This document shows positions 47,294-57,328 of a stretch of 64,000 nt of DNA, one piece after another. The stretch's first letter is position 1. Each line of letters begins with the position of its first letter. This DNA comes from an uncultured Verrucomicrobiae bacterium. Lineage in GTDB: Bacteria; Verrucomicrobiota; Verrucomicrobiia; Chthoniobacterales; Terrimicrobiaceae. Made by a program: the position numbers and the translations under genes. Under the pieces are notes generated by a model. The model had not been told where the DNA came from and made no database searches. It saw nothing but the letters and a program-made list of their open reading frames with translations. Location of the stretch: contig CAVUTD010000013.1 of the NCBI GenBank assembly GCA_963744345.1, positions 20,415-84,414 of the forward strand, in the 5' to 3' direction.

Positions 47294-48111
47294 CAATCTC
47301 TCATCTGCTCTTCGTTCTCGGGGTGGCTTTTTTTAGCGCAGCCCTGCGATCTTTTCAAAATTCACTGCTCTTTCGCTTGGGCACCCTGGGCGTAGTGGTG
47401 ACGTCGTTTCTCGTTGGGTGGCTGCTGGGCGGAAGCGTTATTCTCGGCGCACTCCTCGCCGCAAGTTGGCTCTTTTTGCCTTGGCTCGAGATTCTGACAA
47501 AAGTACGCCGCCTGCGGCTTCCCCTTGAGCGAAGACTCGAGCCGCGCTCTCCGCCCACCCGCAGTTCCTTTCCCGGCTTTCAAGAAATGACCGAGGAGAT
47601 CGAAAGTCACGGCTACGTACACCTGGAGGATGTTGGCTGGGACTACCAGGAGAACCGCCACTTCTATCGTGTCTTTCACCGACCAGAGTGCAAAACCCAG
47701 GCGTGTATCTGTCTCTCAGAGCAGGAAGACATGGCTTTCCATTACTTGACAATTACCTCCCGCACCCAAGATGGGCGAGCTTTCATAACCTGGAACTACC
47801 CGTTTTCCTACGGCTTAAAGTTGCAGCCCCACCTCTTTACTAATAGATGCCTTAGTCAGGGACCCTTCGCGGAGATGCGAATGGCCCACGAGACGTTTCT
47901 GCGTTCCCACAGCGTGGATCCCTCTGCCCTTCTCGACCCCTCGCCGGAGGAAACAGTTCCGACCATGCAGAAGGAGATGCGAGCTCAGATCACGCACAAC
48001 ATCACCCTAGGCTTGCTTGCTCAGGATGGAGATCACTTTATTCGCTACACAACACGCGGAATGTTCTACCTCTGGTTCCAATTTCTCCGAGACCTTGTCC
48101 GGCTTTCTTGA
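47290..48111 (+). CDS. Hypothetical membrane protein
   Basis: 273-aa ORF with a TTG start that overlaps the glutaredoxin stop (TTGA). It has about three N-terminal TM helices. I do not recognise the family. Confidence 0.45.
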   Translation: MTISHLLFVLGVAFFSAALRSFQNSLLFRLGTLGVVVTSFLVGWLLGGSVILGALLAASWLFLPWLEILTKVRRLRLPLERRLEPRSPPTRSSFPGFQEMTEEIESHGYVHLEDVGWDYQENRHFYRVFHRPECKTQACICLSEQEDMAFHYLTITSRTQDGRAFITWNYPFSYGLKLQPHLFTNRCLSQGPFAEMRMAHETFLRSHSVDPSALLDPSPEETVPTMQKEMRAQITHNITLGLLAQDGDHFIRYTTRGMFYLWFQFLRDLVRLS

Positions 48112-48352
48112 CAGGAGCGCAGGCCGCCAGCCGCAGGAAAGCGACGTGCGGCGACGACAACCTTTGCATAAAAGTAAGGTTATCGGCTGAGCATAGAATG
48201 ACCTGACGTTTAGAAGTTAATCAGAGTTCGATTTCGAGCTATGCAAATGCCGGCCTTGGCTTTTCCGTACTGCCGACAAAGAAGGGCAATTTGTGTGTTC
48301 CGCGAAGCAGAAGAGCAACGATCTGAGCTTTGCATGACCATGAGCAGCTTCA

Positions 48353-49042
48353 TTAGGGCAGGCTCCCGATGCGCTTGGGACGAACAGCTTTGTCAGGAGA
48401 TAAGGCGCCTTGTTGGTAAAGAAACTCCGACAAAGCAGCGGTGACTTCGCGCGAAGTGCGAAGGATGTCAAAGGTGAGTCCCGAGCGCGTGCCTTCGAAG
48501 AGGTTTGCCGCGGAAAAGAGTGCCGTAAATCCTGTGACGAAATAGGCGACGCTGCCAACGGCACCCGGCATTGCATTGGAACCTCCGGTCGTCTGCATCA
48601 GGAGAAATGGCCTTGGTCTCCTCTGCGAGAGATCGTAGACGACGGTGCTCATATCAAGTTTGGTCCCGCCTGCGCCGAATCCAACGACAGACCTGAGCAG
48701 ACGACTGCCTTGATTGACTCCGTCAAAGCGTGCGGCAATCAGCCAGTAATTTCCTCCGGGCAATGGAGCGGTCGAGGCGACAGCTTGCGCCGGCGCGATA
48801 TGTCTGGAAAGTTGTTGCACGAGGTTGCGAGTAAATTTTTCCTGAAGTTCGTATTTGAAGTTTTGCAGGTTAACTCCGCTACGATCAACCCGAAGAGCAG
48901 GATCATAGAAGGTCGGAGGTCTTACCAGGATTCGCTCCGGGCTTCTTGTCGGCGCACGCGCGGTCAGGAGGTCAGATCTCTCGACACTTACCGAGGCGCA
49001 TCCGGCAAGCGCAGCGCACAACAGGAGAAAGCAGCATCTCAC
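48353..49042 (-). CDS. Lipoprotein (DUF4410-like)
   Basis: 229-aa ORF with a GTG start and the lipobox LAGCAS. It has Gly-rich C-terminal segments (GFGAGGTKL, GGSNAMPGAVGS). Confidence 0.5.
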   Translation of the reverse strand: MRCCFLLLCAALAGCASVSVERSDLLTARAPTRSPERILVRPPTFYDPALRVDRSGVNLQNFKYELQEKFTRNLVQQLSRHIAPAQAVASTAPLPGGNYWLIAARFDGVNQGSRLLRSVVGFGAGGTKLDMSTVVYDLSQRRPRPFLLMQTTGGSNAMPGAVGSVAYFVTGFTALFSAANLFEGTRSGLTFDILRTSREVTAALSEFLYQQGALSPDKAVRPKRIGSLP

Positions 49043-49263
49043 TTCGAAGATCCTAGCCGTTCAGCAAGCAAGACAATGATTTTCTCGTTGCCAATACGCT
49101 GGATGCCCTTTTGTTCAAGGCTTCATACAGATTAAGGAAGGCGCGAGAACAATGATCAACGCATCGCTGACGAGTTCGGGATACACCACTGATCGCAACC
49201 ACAAATCTTTTCTCCAGGCATATTCTCGCCTGACGACTACATTACCCTACGGAGGATTTCTTG

Positions 49264-49878
49264 ATGTTCACCGGTCTCATTGAAGAAGTCGGTGATTGCC
49301 TTTGGCTTCGACGTGGCGCGAACTCGATTGAGTTCGCTCTGGCGGCCCCCGGAATGTCGCGCCAGATTCGCACCGGGGAGAGTCTCGCAGTCAACGGAGC
49401 ATGCCTTACCGTCGCTTCGCAAAGCGAAGAGCACTTTTATTTCCATCTCTTGCAGGAGACGCTGCTCCGCACCAACCTTGGCGATCTGCGTCCTGGCTCA
49501 AAAGTCAACCTGGAACGCGCCTTACCAGCAGACGGTCGTCTCGGCGGACACTTCGTTCAAGGTCACGTAGATTGCACCGCGAGAGTGGTTGCTTGCGAAG
49601 AGCACGGCGGTGATTTGAAACTTGCGTTGCAGCTGCCTTGCGAGTTCTCGCGATACGTCGTGATGAAGGGTTCGATCTGCGTCAACGGAGTGAGTCTCAC
49701 CGTAGCTGAGCTGACAGAAATGTCCTTTTCCGTTTGGATCATTCCTCATACCAAAAGGCTAACCAACTTGGGAGACCTTGCTGAGGGGAGCCGAGTCAAT
49801 CTAGAATTTGATATTCTTGCAAAATACGCGGCGCGCATCTTGGCTAACGGGCTTAAACCCCAGACGCCTTTTTCATGA
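49264..49878 (+). CDS. ribE: Riboflavin synthase (alpha chain)
   Basis: Begins MFTGLIEEVG at the ATG at 49264 (the ORF track starts at a TTG at 49261). It has the duplicated barrel repeats (...SLAVNGACLTV... / ...SICVNGVSLTV...). Confidence 0.88.
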   Translation: MFTGLIEEVGDCLWLRRGANSIEFALAAPGMSRQIRTGESLAVNGACLTVASQSEEHFYFHLLQETLLRTNLGDLRPGSKVNLERALPADGRLGGHFVQGHVDCTARVVACEEHGGDLKLALQLPCEFSRYVVMKGSICVNGVSLTVAELTEMSFSVWIIPHTKRLTNLGDLAEGSRVNLEFDILAKYAARILANGLKPQTPFS

Positions 49879-50005
49879 TGAACGTTCCCGTCGGTCCCCA
49901 AATGGGAGAGCTTGATTTGCCAGAGGCCCTTGCCGACGGATCGAGGCGCTTGGGCCAGAGCGCGGCTTTGGCACCTGGCATGTCCGTGGAGAGCAATTAG
50001 ATGAT

Positions 50006-50917
50006 ATGCGGGCAAAGTTAATCGTGCGTCCGGCGGGGAGCGAAGCTTATGAAGTGGAAGTGGGTAATACCGCCACGATCGGGCGGAGTCGCGACAACAC
50101 GGTTAGTCTGCACACCAATCCCCATGTCTCCCGGCAGCACGCCGTTATCCGCTGCCATAACGCCTGTCAGTTTCAGATTATGGACCTGGGAAGCCGTAAC
50201 GGTACCTTTGTTAACGGACGGCGGGTTATCACGCCCACGCTTCTCACAGATGGCGCGATAATTCGCATCACCAATAACGAACTCGTCTTCGAGCAGTTTG
50301 AAGCGGCTCAGGATGGAACTTACGATATTACGATCGCCACAGGAATCGACGCCGCACAGGACCTGAATGCGGTCGTTGCCGTGATGGTCTGCGACATCCG
50401 CGGCTTCTCCACAATGGCAGAAGTGCTGACCGAGGACGAGCTCGCGCGAAAGCTCGGGCAATGGTTCCGAGACGCAGGCAATATTGTGCACGAGACGGGC
50501 GGAACCATCGACAAGTTCATTGGCGATGCCGTGCTCGCCTACTGGGCCCGAGAGACCCACGATGGTCGCGAGTCACACTGCGCGCTCGAGAGCGCGCTGA
50601 AACTTTTGAAAGCTGCCGACGGGCGAAGTTGGTCGGGGGCTGAGACAAGAAAGTTCGAGATCGCCGTCGCCTTGCACTATGGAGTCGTCACGTGCGGAAA
50701 CATGGGAGTTGTCGCGCAGAGGGATCCGACCATTATCGGAGATACGGTGAACACCGTCTTCAGAATCGAAAGTCTGATGAAACAACTTAATCAGAAGCTC
50801 ACAGCCTCCCAAGATTTTCTCAGCACGCTTTCCGATCCAAAGATTACCCTTGCTGATCTCGGCGAGCACCGACTTAAAGGAAAATTTCAGACCGTTCGCT
50901 TATTTGGCATGGCTTAG
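50006..50917 (+). CDS. FHA domain fused to a class III adenylate/guanylate cyclase
   Basis: 303-aa ORF. FHA part: IGRSRDNTVSLHTNPHVSRQHAVI...GSRNGTFVNG. Cyclase part: MVCDIRGFST...IDKFIGDAVLAYW...GDTVNTVFRIES. Confidence 0.85.
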   Translation: MRAKLIVRPAGSEAYEVEVGNTATIGRSRDNTVSLHTNPHVSRQHAVIRCHNACQFQIMDLGSRNGTFVNGRRVITPTLLTDGAIIRITNNELVFEQFEAAQDGTYDITIATGIDAAQDLNAVVAVMVCDIRGFSTMAEVLTEDELARKLGQWFRDAGNIVHETGGTIDKFIGDAVLAYWARETHDGRESHCALESALKLLKAADGRSWSGAETRKFEIAVALHYGVVTCGNMGVVAQRDPTIIGDTVNTVFRIESLMKQLNQKLTASQDFLSTLSDPKITLADLGEHRLKGKFQTVRLFGMA

Positions 50918-50949
50918 GGTGGAGACACCCACGACGGTCGAGGCATCTT

Positions 50950-52860
50950 TTATCCCCTTTCTTTTCCGCGAAGGGCGAACCACGCTGCCCAATAGGCGCA
51001 AACGCTCCAAGCTGCAAGGGTCGCCAAACCCCAAAGAGCGGGATTTGCGTTCATGTAAATCTGTCCGTTCTTTAAAGACTTGTCCCGATTCAGATTCGAG
51101 AACGCTGATGGATAGTCTACCCGCATCGCCCCACCGATTTTCCTCTGCCAAAACAGACTTGTATCCATCACGCCTTGCACTGCTGCGCTGGGCATGATCC
51201 TGGAAACGAAATATGGCCCTGCCTTCATGTCTCCTGCTGGGGGAATGAAGCCGGAGAAAAGAATCTGCGGAATCAATACCAGAGGAACTATCATGACTGC
51301 CTGGAGAACAGATCGTGCCGCCGCAGAAATCGCCAGGCCAATGCCCACAGCGGCGCATGAAGCGAGGATTAATCCTGGAATCTGCCAACCGCCAGAGCCG
51401 GTCGGGCCGCCGATAAGGAGCTGCATCACCCCGTAGAGCAGCAAGCTTTGCACGCAAGTGACGCCCGCGAGGGAGAGGAACTTCGCCAGCAAGTATTCGT
51501 GGCGTCCTAGTCCGATCAAGCGCTCACGGCGGAACATCGGAACCTCCTTCACAATCTCCTGAGCTGCGTTCCCACACCCGAACCATAATGTTGCGATGCA
51601 AGCAAAGAAGAGAACGAGCGGCGGGTCGTTGCTCACCCATGTGACGAGCAACCCAATGAAGACCGGTTGGCCAAGAGCAAGCAGCAAATTTTTCCAGTCG
51701 GCTCGAAAGATGGCCCACCGACGCAGCAGCAGGATAGGCAGGGCTGAGCTGCGCCTGTGCTTTCGGGGAAGAACGGGCATGGCCGACGGCACAACGGGAT
51801 TTTCGGAGTGCGGCGGCCAATTCGATGGCGGCTGGTTGGAAAGGGCGTCGTAGAGAAGTGTCAGCCGTTCGACTTCGAAGTATTTCAAGGCGTCTGCGGG
51901 CTCACCGAAGAATACCAGCCGCCCGCCGAACAGGACAGCCAAGCGATCAAAAAGAAAGGCATTATCCAGGACATGGGTCGTGCAAAGAATGGTGCATCCC
52001 GTCGCTGCCAGATGTCTCAGGGATTCCATGAGCCTAAATTCAACCGCCGGATCCAAGCCAGAGGTTGGCTCATCCAAGAACATCAACCTGGGGCGGCAAA
52101 GCAATTCAGCGCCAACACTGACTCGCTTGCGCTGTCCTCCGGAGAGTCTTCCTACTGGTGTGTGGGCGCGGTCTTCAAGTCCGAGAAGGCGTATTGTATG
52201 CCCAACGAGCTTACGCGTCTCGGCCGCCGACGTGCCCTGGGGCAGGCGAAACCTGGCACTGAACAAGAGCGCTTGCTCGATAGAAAGTTCGAGCGGCACA
52301 ATGTCATCCTGCGGCACATATCCGAATTCTCGCCGTAACGCATCGTAGTTGGCGTACAGGTCCACGCCATCGATCATTACCGTTCCTGAGTCTGCCGGTC
52401 GAAGAGCGCAGAGAGCATCGAGAAGGGTAGACTTGCCCGCGCCGCTTGGTCCGATAACGCCGACAAATTGGCAGGGAGATACGCTCAGAGAAATTCCCGA
52501 GAGGACTGGAATGCCGAGGGCGGATTTCTCGAGATCGCGGGCGTCAAGGCGTGCACCGGTTGTGCCGGCGGTCTCTTGCAGGAAGCGCCCGTCGAAGCGC
52601 AGGCTAAACGGGCCGATCCGCAAAAGATCTCCCAAGATCAGCTCTTCGGCTTTGAACAATCTACCGTTGAGAAACGTACCACTGCGGCTGCCTAAGTCCT
52701 CCACACGCCAGCCAGAGGCGGTTTTATGCAAGAGCGCGTGCCGTCGCGAGACGGCAGTATTTGGAAGAATCGCATCCGCTTCGGCGCTCCTTCCAAGGAC
52801 CAGTCCATCGCGCAGCGGAATGGGCGCGAGCCCGCTTTTAGCCGGGGTTTCGCTGCTCAA
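50950..52860 (-). CDS. FHA domain plus ABC ATPase plus ABC-2 type permease (ABCG-like half transporter)
   Basis: 636-aa ORF with a TTG start that overlaps the upstream stop. FHA part: LGRSAEADAILPNTAVSRRHALL...GSRSGTFLNG. ATPase part: Walker A GPSGAGKST, signature LSGGQRKR, Walker B LMFLDEPTSGLD. The C-terminus has six helices. Confidence 0.85.
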   Translation of the reverse strand: MSSETPAKSGLAPIPLRDGLVLGRSAEADAILPNTAVSRRHALLHKTASGWRVEDLGSRSGTFLNGRLFKAEELILGDLLRIGPFSLRFDGRFLQETAGTTGARLDARDLEKSALGIPVLSGISLSVSPCQFVGVIGPSGAGKSTLLDALCALRPADSGTVMIDGVDLYANYDALRREFGYVPQDDIVPLELSIEQALLFSARFRLPQGTSAAETRKLVGHTIRLLGLEDRAHTPVGRLSGGQRKRVSVGAELLCRPRLMFLDEPTSGLDPAVEFRLMESLRHLAATGCTILCTTHVLDNAFLFDRLAVLFGGRLVFFGEPADALKYFEVERLTLLYDALSNQPPSNWPPHSENPVVPSAMPVLPRKHRRSSALPILLLRRWAIFRADWKNLLLALGQPVFIGLLVTWVSNDPPLVLFFACIATLWFGCGNAAQEIVKEVPMFRRERLIGLGRHEYLLAKFLSLAGVTCVQSLLLYGVMQLLIGGPTGSGGWQIPGLILASCAAVGIGLAISAAARSVLQAVMIVPLVLIPQILFSGFIPPAGDMKAGPYFVSRIMPSAAVQGVMDTSLFWQRKIGGAMRVDYPSAFSNLNRDKSLKNGQIYMNANPALWGLATLAAWSVCAYWAAWFALRGKERG

Positions 52861-53525
52861 GGCAGCACTGCCCAGACTTCAACCACGCGGTTTTTTGCGA
52901 GATCCTGCGCGTCGAAGATGTCGGAACTTCCCATGCCCACTGAGTGGATGACGTTCATAATAGCGCACCGCTCCTTAAGGGTTTTGGCAATGCCTTCGGC
53001 ACGCTGCAAAGAAATGGCCAGATTCTTCTGATCATCGCCCTTTCTATCAGCGAAACCCAAAACGACGAAAACGACCGTAGGGTCTTCAGTGAACCTCTGA
53101 ATTTGAGGCAGATTCAGCTTCTCTTTCAGATCAACGAGCTCAGAGGATCCGACGCTCACCTTGCCTGTCGAAAACGGTATGGTGACAATCCTGCCCATGC
53201 CGCGAGCGCGTTCGACCTGCACGTAAAGCTTATCCTTTTCCTCCGGATTAAGCCTCGGCATCACGTCAATGCGCGCAAGCACTTCAGCCTTCACCAGACG
53301 ATTTTCGGAATCGGCCGAATCTAGATTGATCTCTGCCGGCGCTTCAACGCTGGTGGAAGCTTGCTCGTCGCCGGCCGACGGCGATGTCGGACTCTCCTCC
53401 ACGGCAATGTTCTTCGGAGTTGGCACCGAAGCCGATGGTGGAGATGGCGCGGCAGTTCCTGTGCCGGACGGCGGGCCACATGCCCACAAAGCACAGAGAA
53501 TGATAACTAACGATGTCTTGCGCAT
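52857..53525 (-). CDS. OmpA-like domain lipoprotein
   Basis: ORF open to 53636; the ATG at 53525 gives MRKTSLVIILCALWACG (lipobox). This is followed by a Pro/Ser-rich linker and a C-terminal OmpA-like motif (GFADRKGDDQKNLAISLQRAEG...NRVVEV). Confidence 0.7.
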   Translation of the reverse strand: MRKTSLVIILCALWACGPPSGTGTAAPSPPSASVPTPKNIAVEESPTSPSAGDEQASTSVEAPAEINLDSADSENRLVKAEVLARIDVMPRLNPEEKDKLYVQVERARGMGRIVTIPFSTGKVSVGSSELVDLKEKLNLPQIQRFTEDPTVVFVVLGFADRKGDDQKNLAISLQRAEGIAKTLKERCAIMNVIHSVGMGSSDIFDAQDLAKNRVVEVWAVLP

Positions 53526-53777
53526 GGTCCGGCCACGATCGAATTTAATTCGACTTTGTAGTTTCCGGACCATTGATGTCAATTCGTTGAGAATGCGAGA
53601 AATCCACCCCGTGGACGGGACGTCAACCAATCGCAATATCTTTGGGTTGGACTGAAGTTGACGAGAAATGACCGCACCTTCGGCTCGGAACCGAATAGCC
53701 GCCTGAGGAAAACCGGGGTTTATCGAGCAGACCGCGCGAGACCGGGAGCGGTCTTGTCCTCCACAACGAACACCTTC

Positions 53778-55514
53778 CTATTCCTGTATGAGATGTATGG
53801 CGGTGGTGTTCGCGGAAACGGTTCCGAACACACGGTCGAGGGATGCACGCAATTCCGGCACCAGGAGCTCACGGTCGATACGTCCGAGCAGCCGGCGAGC
53901 TTCATCAACCCGCCCGCACGCTGAAAGAACGAGGGTGTAGTAAGCAGTTCCTTCACTGCTGAGACGTTCCAGGTCCTTGCGCGAGTCGAGCATATCCGCG
54001 CCTTTCTTCGGGTTACCAAGAAGAGAGAGGGCGAAGGCATAAAGGGCGGTATTTGCCAAGGCATCGGGATCATCTTCGTAAAGTTCCTGGGCAAGACGAC
54101 CGGCGCGTTGGATCTGACGACCCGTCGCCATTAGCAAACTTGCGACATTGTACCTCGCAGCGCGATCGCCTGGATTTTCTTTCAAGACCAGTTCCATCAT
54201 GCGAAGCATTCCGTCTGCGTTTTTCTCATACCAATAAGCTTGATAAAGTTCCTTTCGCGCGGAGATGTGCCGGGGATCCTTTTCGGCGATGATCCAAAGA
54301 ACCTGTCGCACATCTCGTTTGTCGGCTTTGGCTATGAGAAGGAGGCGATCCAGGTGCGTCGGCTGCCTTTCCGCCGCCGCAAGAGCAAGCTGCCAGGCTT
54401 GCTCTGAGCTTTTGAGATTTCCCTGCCGCGCCTGCGCCCGTGACAACAACGCCAAGCGCACCGCCTCGAATTCCTGCCATCCGCTTGGGCTTGTGAGAGA
54501 CTCAAGGTCGCTCCAGCGAGCGAGCGCACTGTAGCACTCTGCCAGCAGAAGGCTAATTGCCGGCTCACGGCGCAGGCGCCCCGGTGCGCTCTCGAGCCAC
54601 ATGGCAGCGCTTTGCGGCCCCGCGGCGCTCAGTTTCCACTTTCCAAGTTGCGCCGTGAACTCCGGATGTTCCAGCGCGCTCCTCTCGAGTTCAATAAGCC
54701 CGCGCTCATAGGCGGCCGACTTGGCCGCTGACAGCGCCTGGAGCTGCTGCAAGCGATCGGAAAATTCTGCTCGCGGCATTTCGCAGGCGCGCGCGGACCA
54801 CGAGAGCGCCGCCGCATGGTCTTGCCTTCGCAGCGCGTCATGAGTCAGAGCTCGAAGAGCAATCAGCCCAAATTCGTCATCGTTGGCCAGCGATTCCATT
54901 TCGGCGCGAGCAGCATCGTGAGCCTGTTCGAGACCGCTTTGCAACTCAAGCGCTGTCAGCTTGACTTGAGCGCGGCGATTTTCTGGATGCCATTCGAACA
55001 ATTCACGATATGCCTCGAGTGCCAGATCGGCGCGGCCACGCGCGAGGAAGAATTCCGCTCGAAGCTCGAGGAACTGCGGGGTTTTGCGGTTTGCTCCTTT
55101 GACCCTTTCAAGAACCTTACCGGCTTCCTCCGGTCTATCGAGCAGCAACGCCGTGCGCGCATACGCCAGCTTGGGCTCCAGGAGCTGGGGCTGAACATCC
55201 ATTAGGGTTCGCCGGTGAGCGAGGGCTTCAGAAGAATGGGCCGACTCGAGAAGCGAAGCGATGGCGCGAAGTGCTTCAAAATGGTGAGGGCAATAGCGGA
55301 GCGCAGTCCTTAGACTTAGAATGCTGTTCTGTGCGTCATTGTTTTCGAGAAAGGATCTCGCCTCTCTTATCGCCCGCTCTCCCTGCCAACGGCAGTACGC
55401 ATGATAAGTAAAGAATGAGCCGCCGAAGGCGAGAAGTATCGCCACGAAGGCCACGGAGATCCAACCGCCTCTTCGAAGTCCCTTCGCCCGGCGTGGCAGA
55501 ATGTCCGCGCTCAT
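53778..55514 (-). CDS. Membrane-anchored tetratricopeptide-repeat protein
   Basis: 578-aa ORF with one N-terminal TM helix (GWISVAFVAILLAFGGSFF), followed by an Ala/Leu/Arg-rich helical-repeat sequence typical of TPR. Confidence 0.65.
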   Translation of the reverse strand: MSADILPRRAKGLRRGGWISVAFVAILLAFGGSFFTYHAYCRWQGERAIREARSFLENNDAQNSILSLRTALRYCPHHFEALRAIASLLESAHSSEALAHRRTLMDVQPQLLEPKLAYARTALLLDRPEEAGKVLERVKGANRKTPQFLELRAEFFLARGRADLALEAYRELFEWHPENRRAQVKLTALELQSGLEQAHDAARAEMESLANDDEFGLIALRALTHDALRRQDHAAALSWSARACEMPRAEFSDRLQQLQALSAAKSAAYERGLIELERSALEHPEFTAQLGKWKLSAAGPQSAAMWLESAPGRLRREPAISLLLAECYSALARWSDLESLTSPSGWQEFEAVRLALLSRAQARQGNLKSSEQAWQLALAAAERQPTHLDRLLLIAKADKRDVRQVLWIIAEKDPRHISARKELYQAYWYEKNADGMLRMMELVLKENPGDRAARYNVASLLMATGRQIQRAGRLAQELYEDDPDALANTALYAFALSLLGNPKKGADMLDSRKDLERLSSEGTAYYTLVLSACGRVDEARRLLGRIDRELLVPELRASLDRVFGTVSANTTAIHLIQE

Positions 55515-55622
55515 GCGCCATGATGGGTATCCCGTTCGGCGATAGTCAAGTGGAAAGAATGCGTCGGAACCGCTTGGCTGCGCAGACTTCTGCTTAGGCC
55601 CTGGGCTCTGCGGAGTTCGAAA

Positions 55623-57260
55623 TCAGCCGCGTTCGATACGGGCAAGCAACTGCTTTAATCGCTGCTCTTCCATATCGAAGTCGTATTCGATACGCCGGCG
55701 GACTTCCTCGGAAATGAGACCCCGGCGCCGCATTGTCGCGAGGCGGCGCCGGCTGCGATCCATGAGTTTCGATATCAAGTGGCGATCCTTGCCGGCCGTG
55801 TAACGTTTGATTTCCGTCGGAAGGGCAATGCGCCCCTTTAAAGCCTTGAGCCGATCCTGATAGTGGATCCGCCAGCGTTCGAGTGATTCCCGGTAGCCAA
55901 CGTTTTCTTCCTTTTCAATGAGGTTATCTATTTCGGCGACGAGTTCCTCCAGAAGCGTGCTGCGCGCTACGACTTCGCTCTCGAAATCGGAAGCGGTTTC
56001 CTCCACCGCGAGTTTGCGGGCGAGCCAGGGCAAGGAAAGACCCTGCAGCACCAGCGTCGTGAAAATAACACAGAACGTGAGAAACAAGATGATATGGCGG
56101 TGCGGGAAGGCCTCGCCCATCGCAGTACTCAACGGCAGCGCGAGCGCGGCGGCAAGGGATACTACACCGCGCATGCCCGCCCACGAGGCCACGACAAGCT
56201 CACCAAACGACAAGTAGTCCTTATCCTCCCTTTGGAAAAAGCAGCGTTCGAGAGACGCCATCGGAAAGACCCAAAGAAATCGCACCGCGATGACAACCAA
56301 GGAAATCGCCACGCCAATAAAGATCATCTGTGCCACCGGAATTTTCATTTCGCGCACGATCGTGGGAAACTGAAGTCCTATGAGGATAAAGATGACGCTG
56401 TTCAACAAGTAGTCCAAGAGCTGCCAGACAGTGTCGCGCTGCAAGCGGCTTTCTGGACGGAGCGCCTCCCAGGATCGGTGACCGATGTACAGGCCTGCGG
56501 CAACCACGGCGAGCACCCCGGAAAATCCGAGCCTTTCCGCAGGAAGATAGGCGATATAGGGTGTGAGAATGGTAAGCGTGACCTCAACGGCTGGGTCGCG
56601 CAAGTGACGATGAAGATGGGCGGCAATCATTCCTATCGCCAAGCCAAAGGAAGTTCCCCCAACGGCCATCCAGACGAAGTCTCCGACCGCTTCGCCCAGT
56701 GAAAAAGAACCCGTCACCACCGCCGCTACCGCAAATTGATATGCCACGAGGCCGCTGGCGTCATTAACGAGGCTTTCGCCCTCCAGGATGTCGGAGAGGC
56801 GCTTGGGCACACGAAGATTCTTCAAGACCGCACTGGCCGCCACGGCGTCTGGAGGTGAAACGATCGCACCGAGGACAAATCCAGCCGCCAGTGTCATCCC
56901 CGGGATGAGAAAGTATGCGGCGTAAGCGACGCACAGAATCGTGGCGAAGACTAGCCCGACAGCCAGGGCAAAGATTGGCACAAAGTTCGAGCGAAAGTCA
57001 TCCCAAGGGAAATTCCATGCCGCCGAAAAGAGCAGCGGCGGAAGGAAGACGAGAAAGACAACCTCCGGATCAAGCTTCGCATCCGGAAGTCTCGGAACCA
57101 AGCCGATCAGAAGTCCGGCAATCACGCACAGGATCGGAAATGGAAATCTAACTTGCTCGGCCACGACAGCCAACACGCTAACGATGCCGAGAAGAACGAG
57201 CAGAATCTGGATTTTCTCGACGATCATAGGCAAGACAAGGATGCCGGACTCCAAGCTCAC
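55623..57260 (-). CDS. Na+/H+ antiporter (CPA1/NhaP type) with cytoplasmic C-terminal tail
   Basis: 545-aa ORF with a GTG start at 57260 (alternative ATG at 57227). It has about 12 TM helices, including ESLVNDASGLV, which is the CPA1 ND motif context. Confidence 0.8.
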   Translation of the reverse strand: MSLESGILVLPMIVEKIQILLVLLGIVSVLAVVAEQVRFPFPILCVIAGLLIGLVPRLPDAKLDPEVVFLVFLPPLLFSAAWNFPWDDFRSNFVPIFALAVGLVFATILCVAYAAYFLIPGMTLAAGFVLGAIVSPPDAVAASAVLKNLRVPKRLSDILEGESLVNDASGLVAYQFAVAAVVTGSFSLGEAVGDFVWMAVGGTSFGLAIGMIAAHLHRHLRDPAVEVTLTILTPYIAYLPAERLGFSGVLAVVAAGLYIGHRSWEALRPESRLQRDTVWQLLDYLLNSVIFILIGLQFPTIVREMKIPVAQMIFIGVAISLVVIAVRFLWVFPMASLERCFFQREDKDYLSFGELVVASWAGMRGVVSLAAALALPLSTAMGEAFPHRHIILFLTFCVIFTTLVLQGLSLPWLARKLAVEETASDFESEVVARSTLLEELVAEIDNLIEKEENVGYRESLERWRIHYQDRLKALKGRIALPTEIKRYTAGKDRHLISKLMDRSRRRLATMRRRGLISEEVRRRIEYDFDMEEQRLKQLLARIERG

Positions 57261-57328
57261 AGGTCAATGGCAGGAAGGAGCTGCGCAACGTCCTTGCATA
57301 GCCGCTCGGAGCAATGCATTAGATCCTC

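Noticed and set aside
46870-47358. 162-aa minus-strand ORF.
   Set aside because: It overlaps the tRNA-Glu gene and runs antisense through the glutaredoxin-like gene, so it is not credible.
49043-49263. A possible FMN riboswitch upstream of ribE.
   Set aside because: I could not find the conserved FMN-element core sequences in the 220-nt leader. Stand-alone ribE genes often lack this riboswitch.
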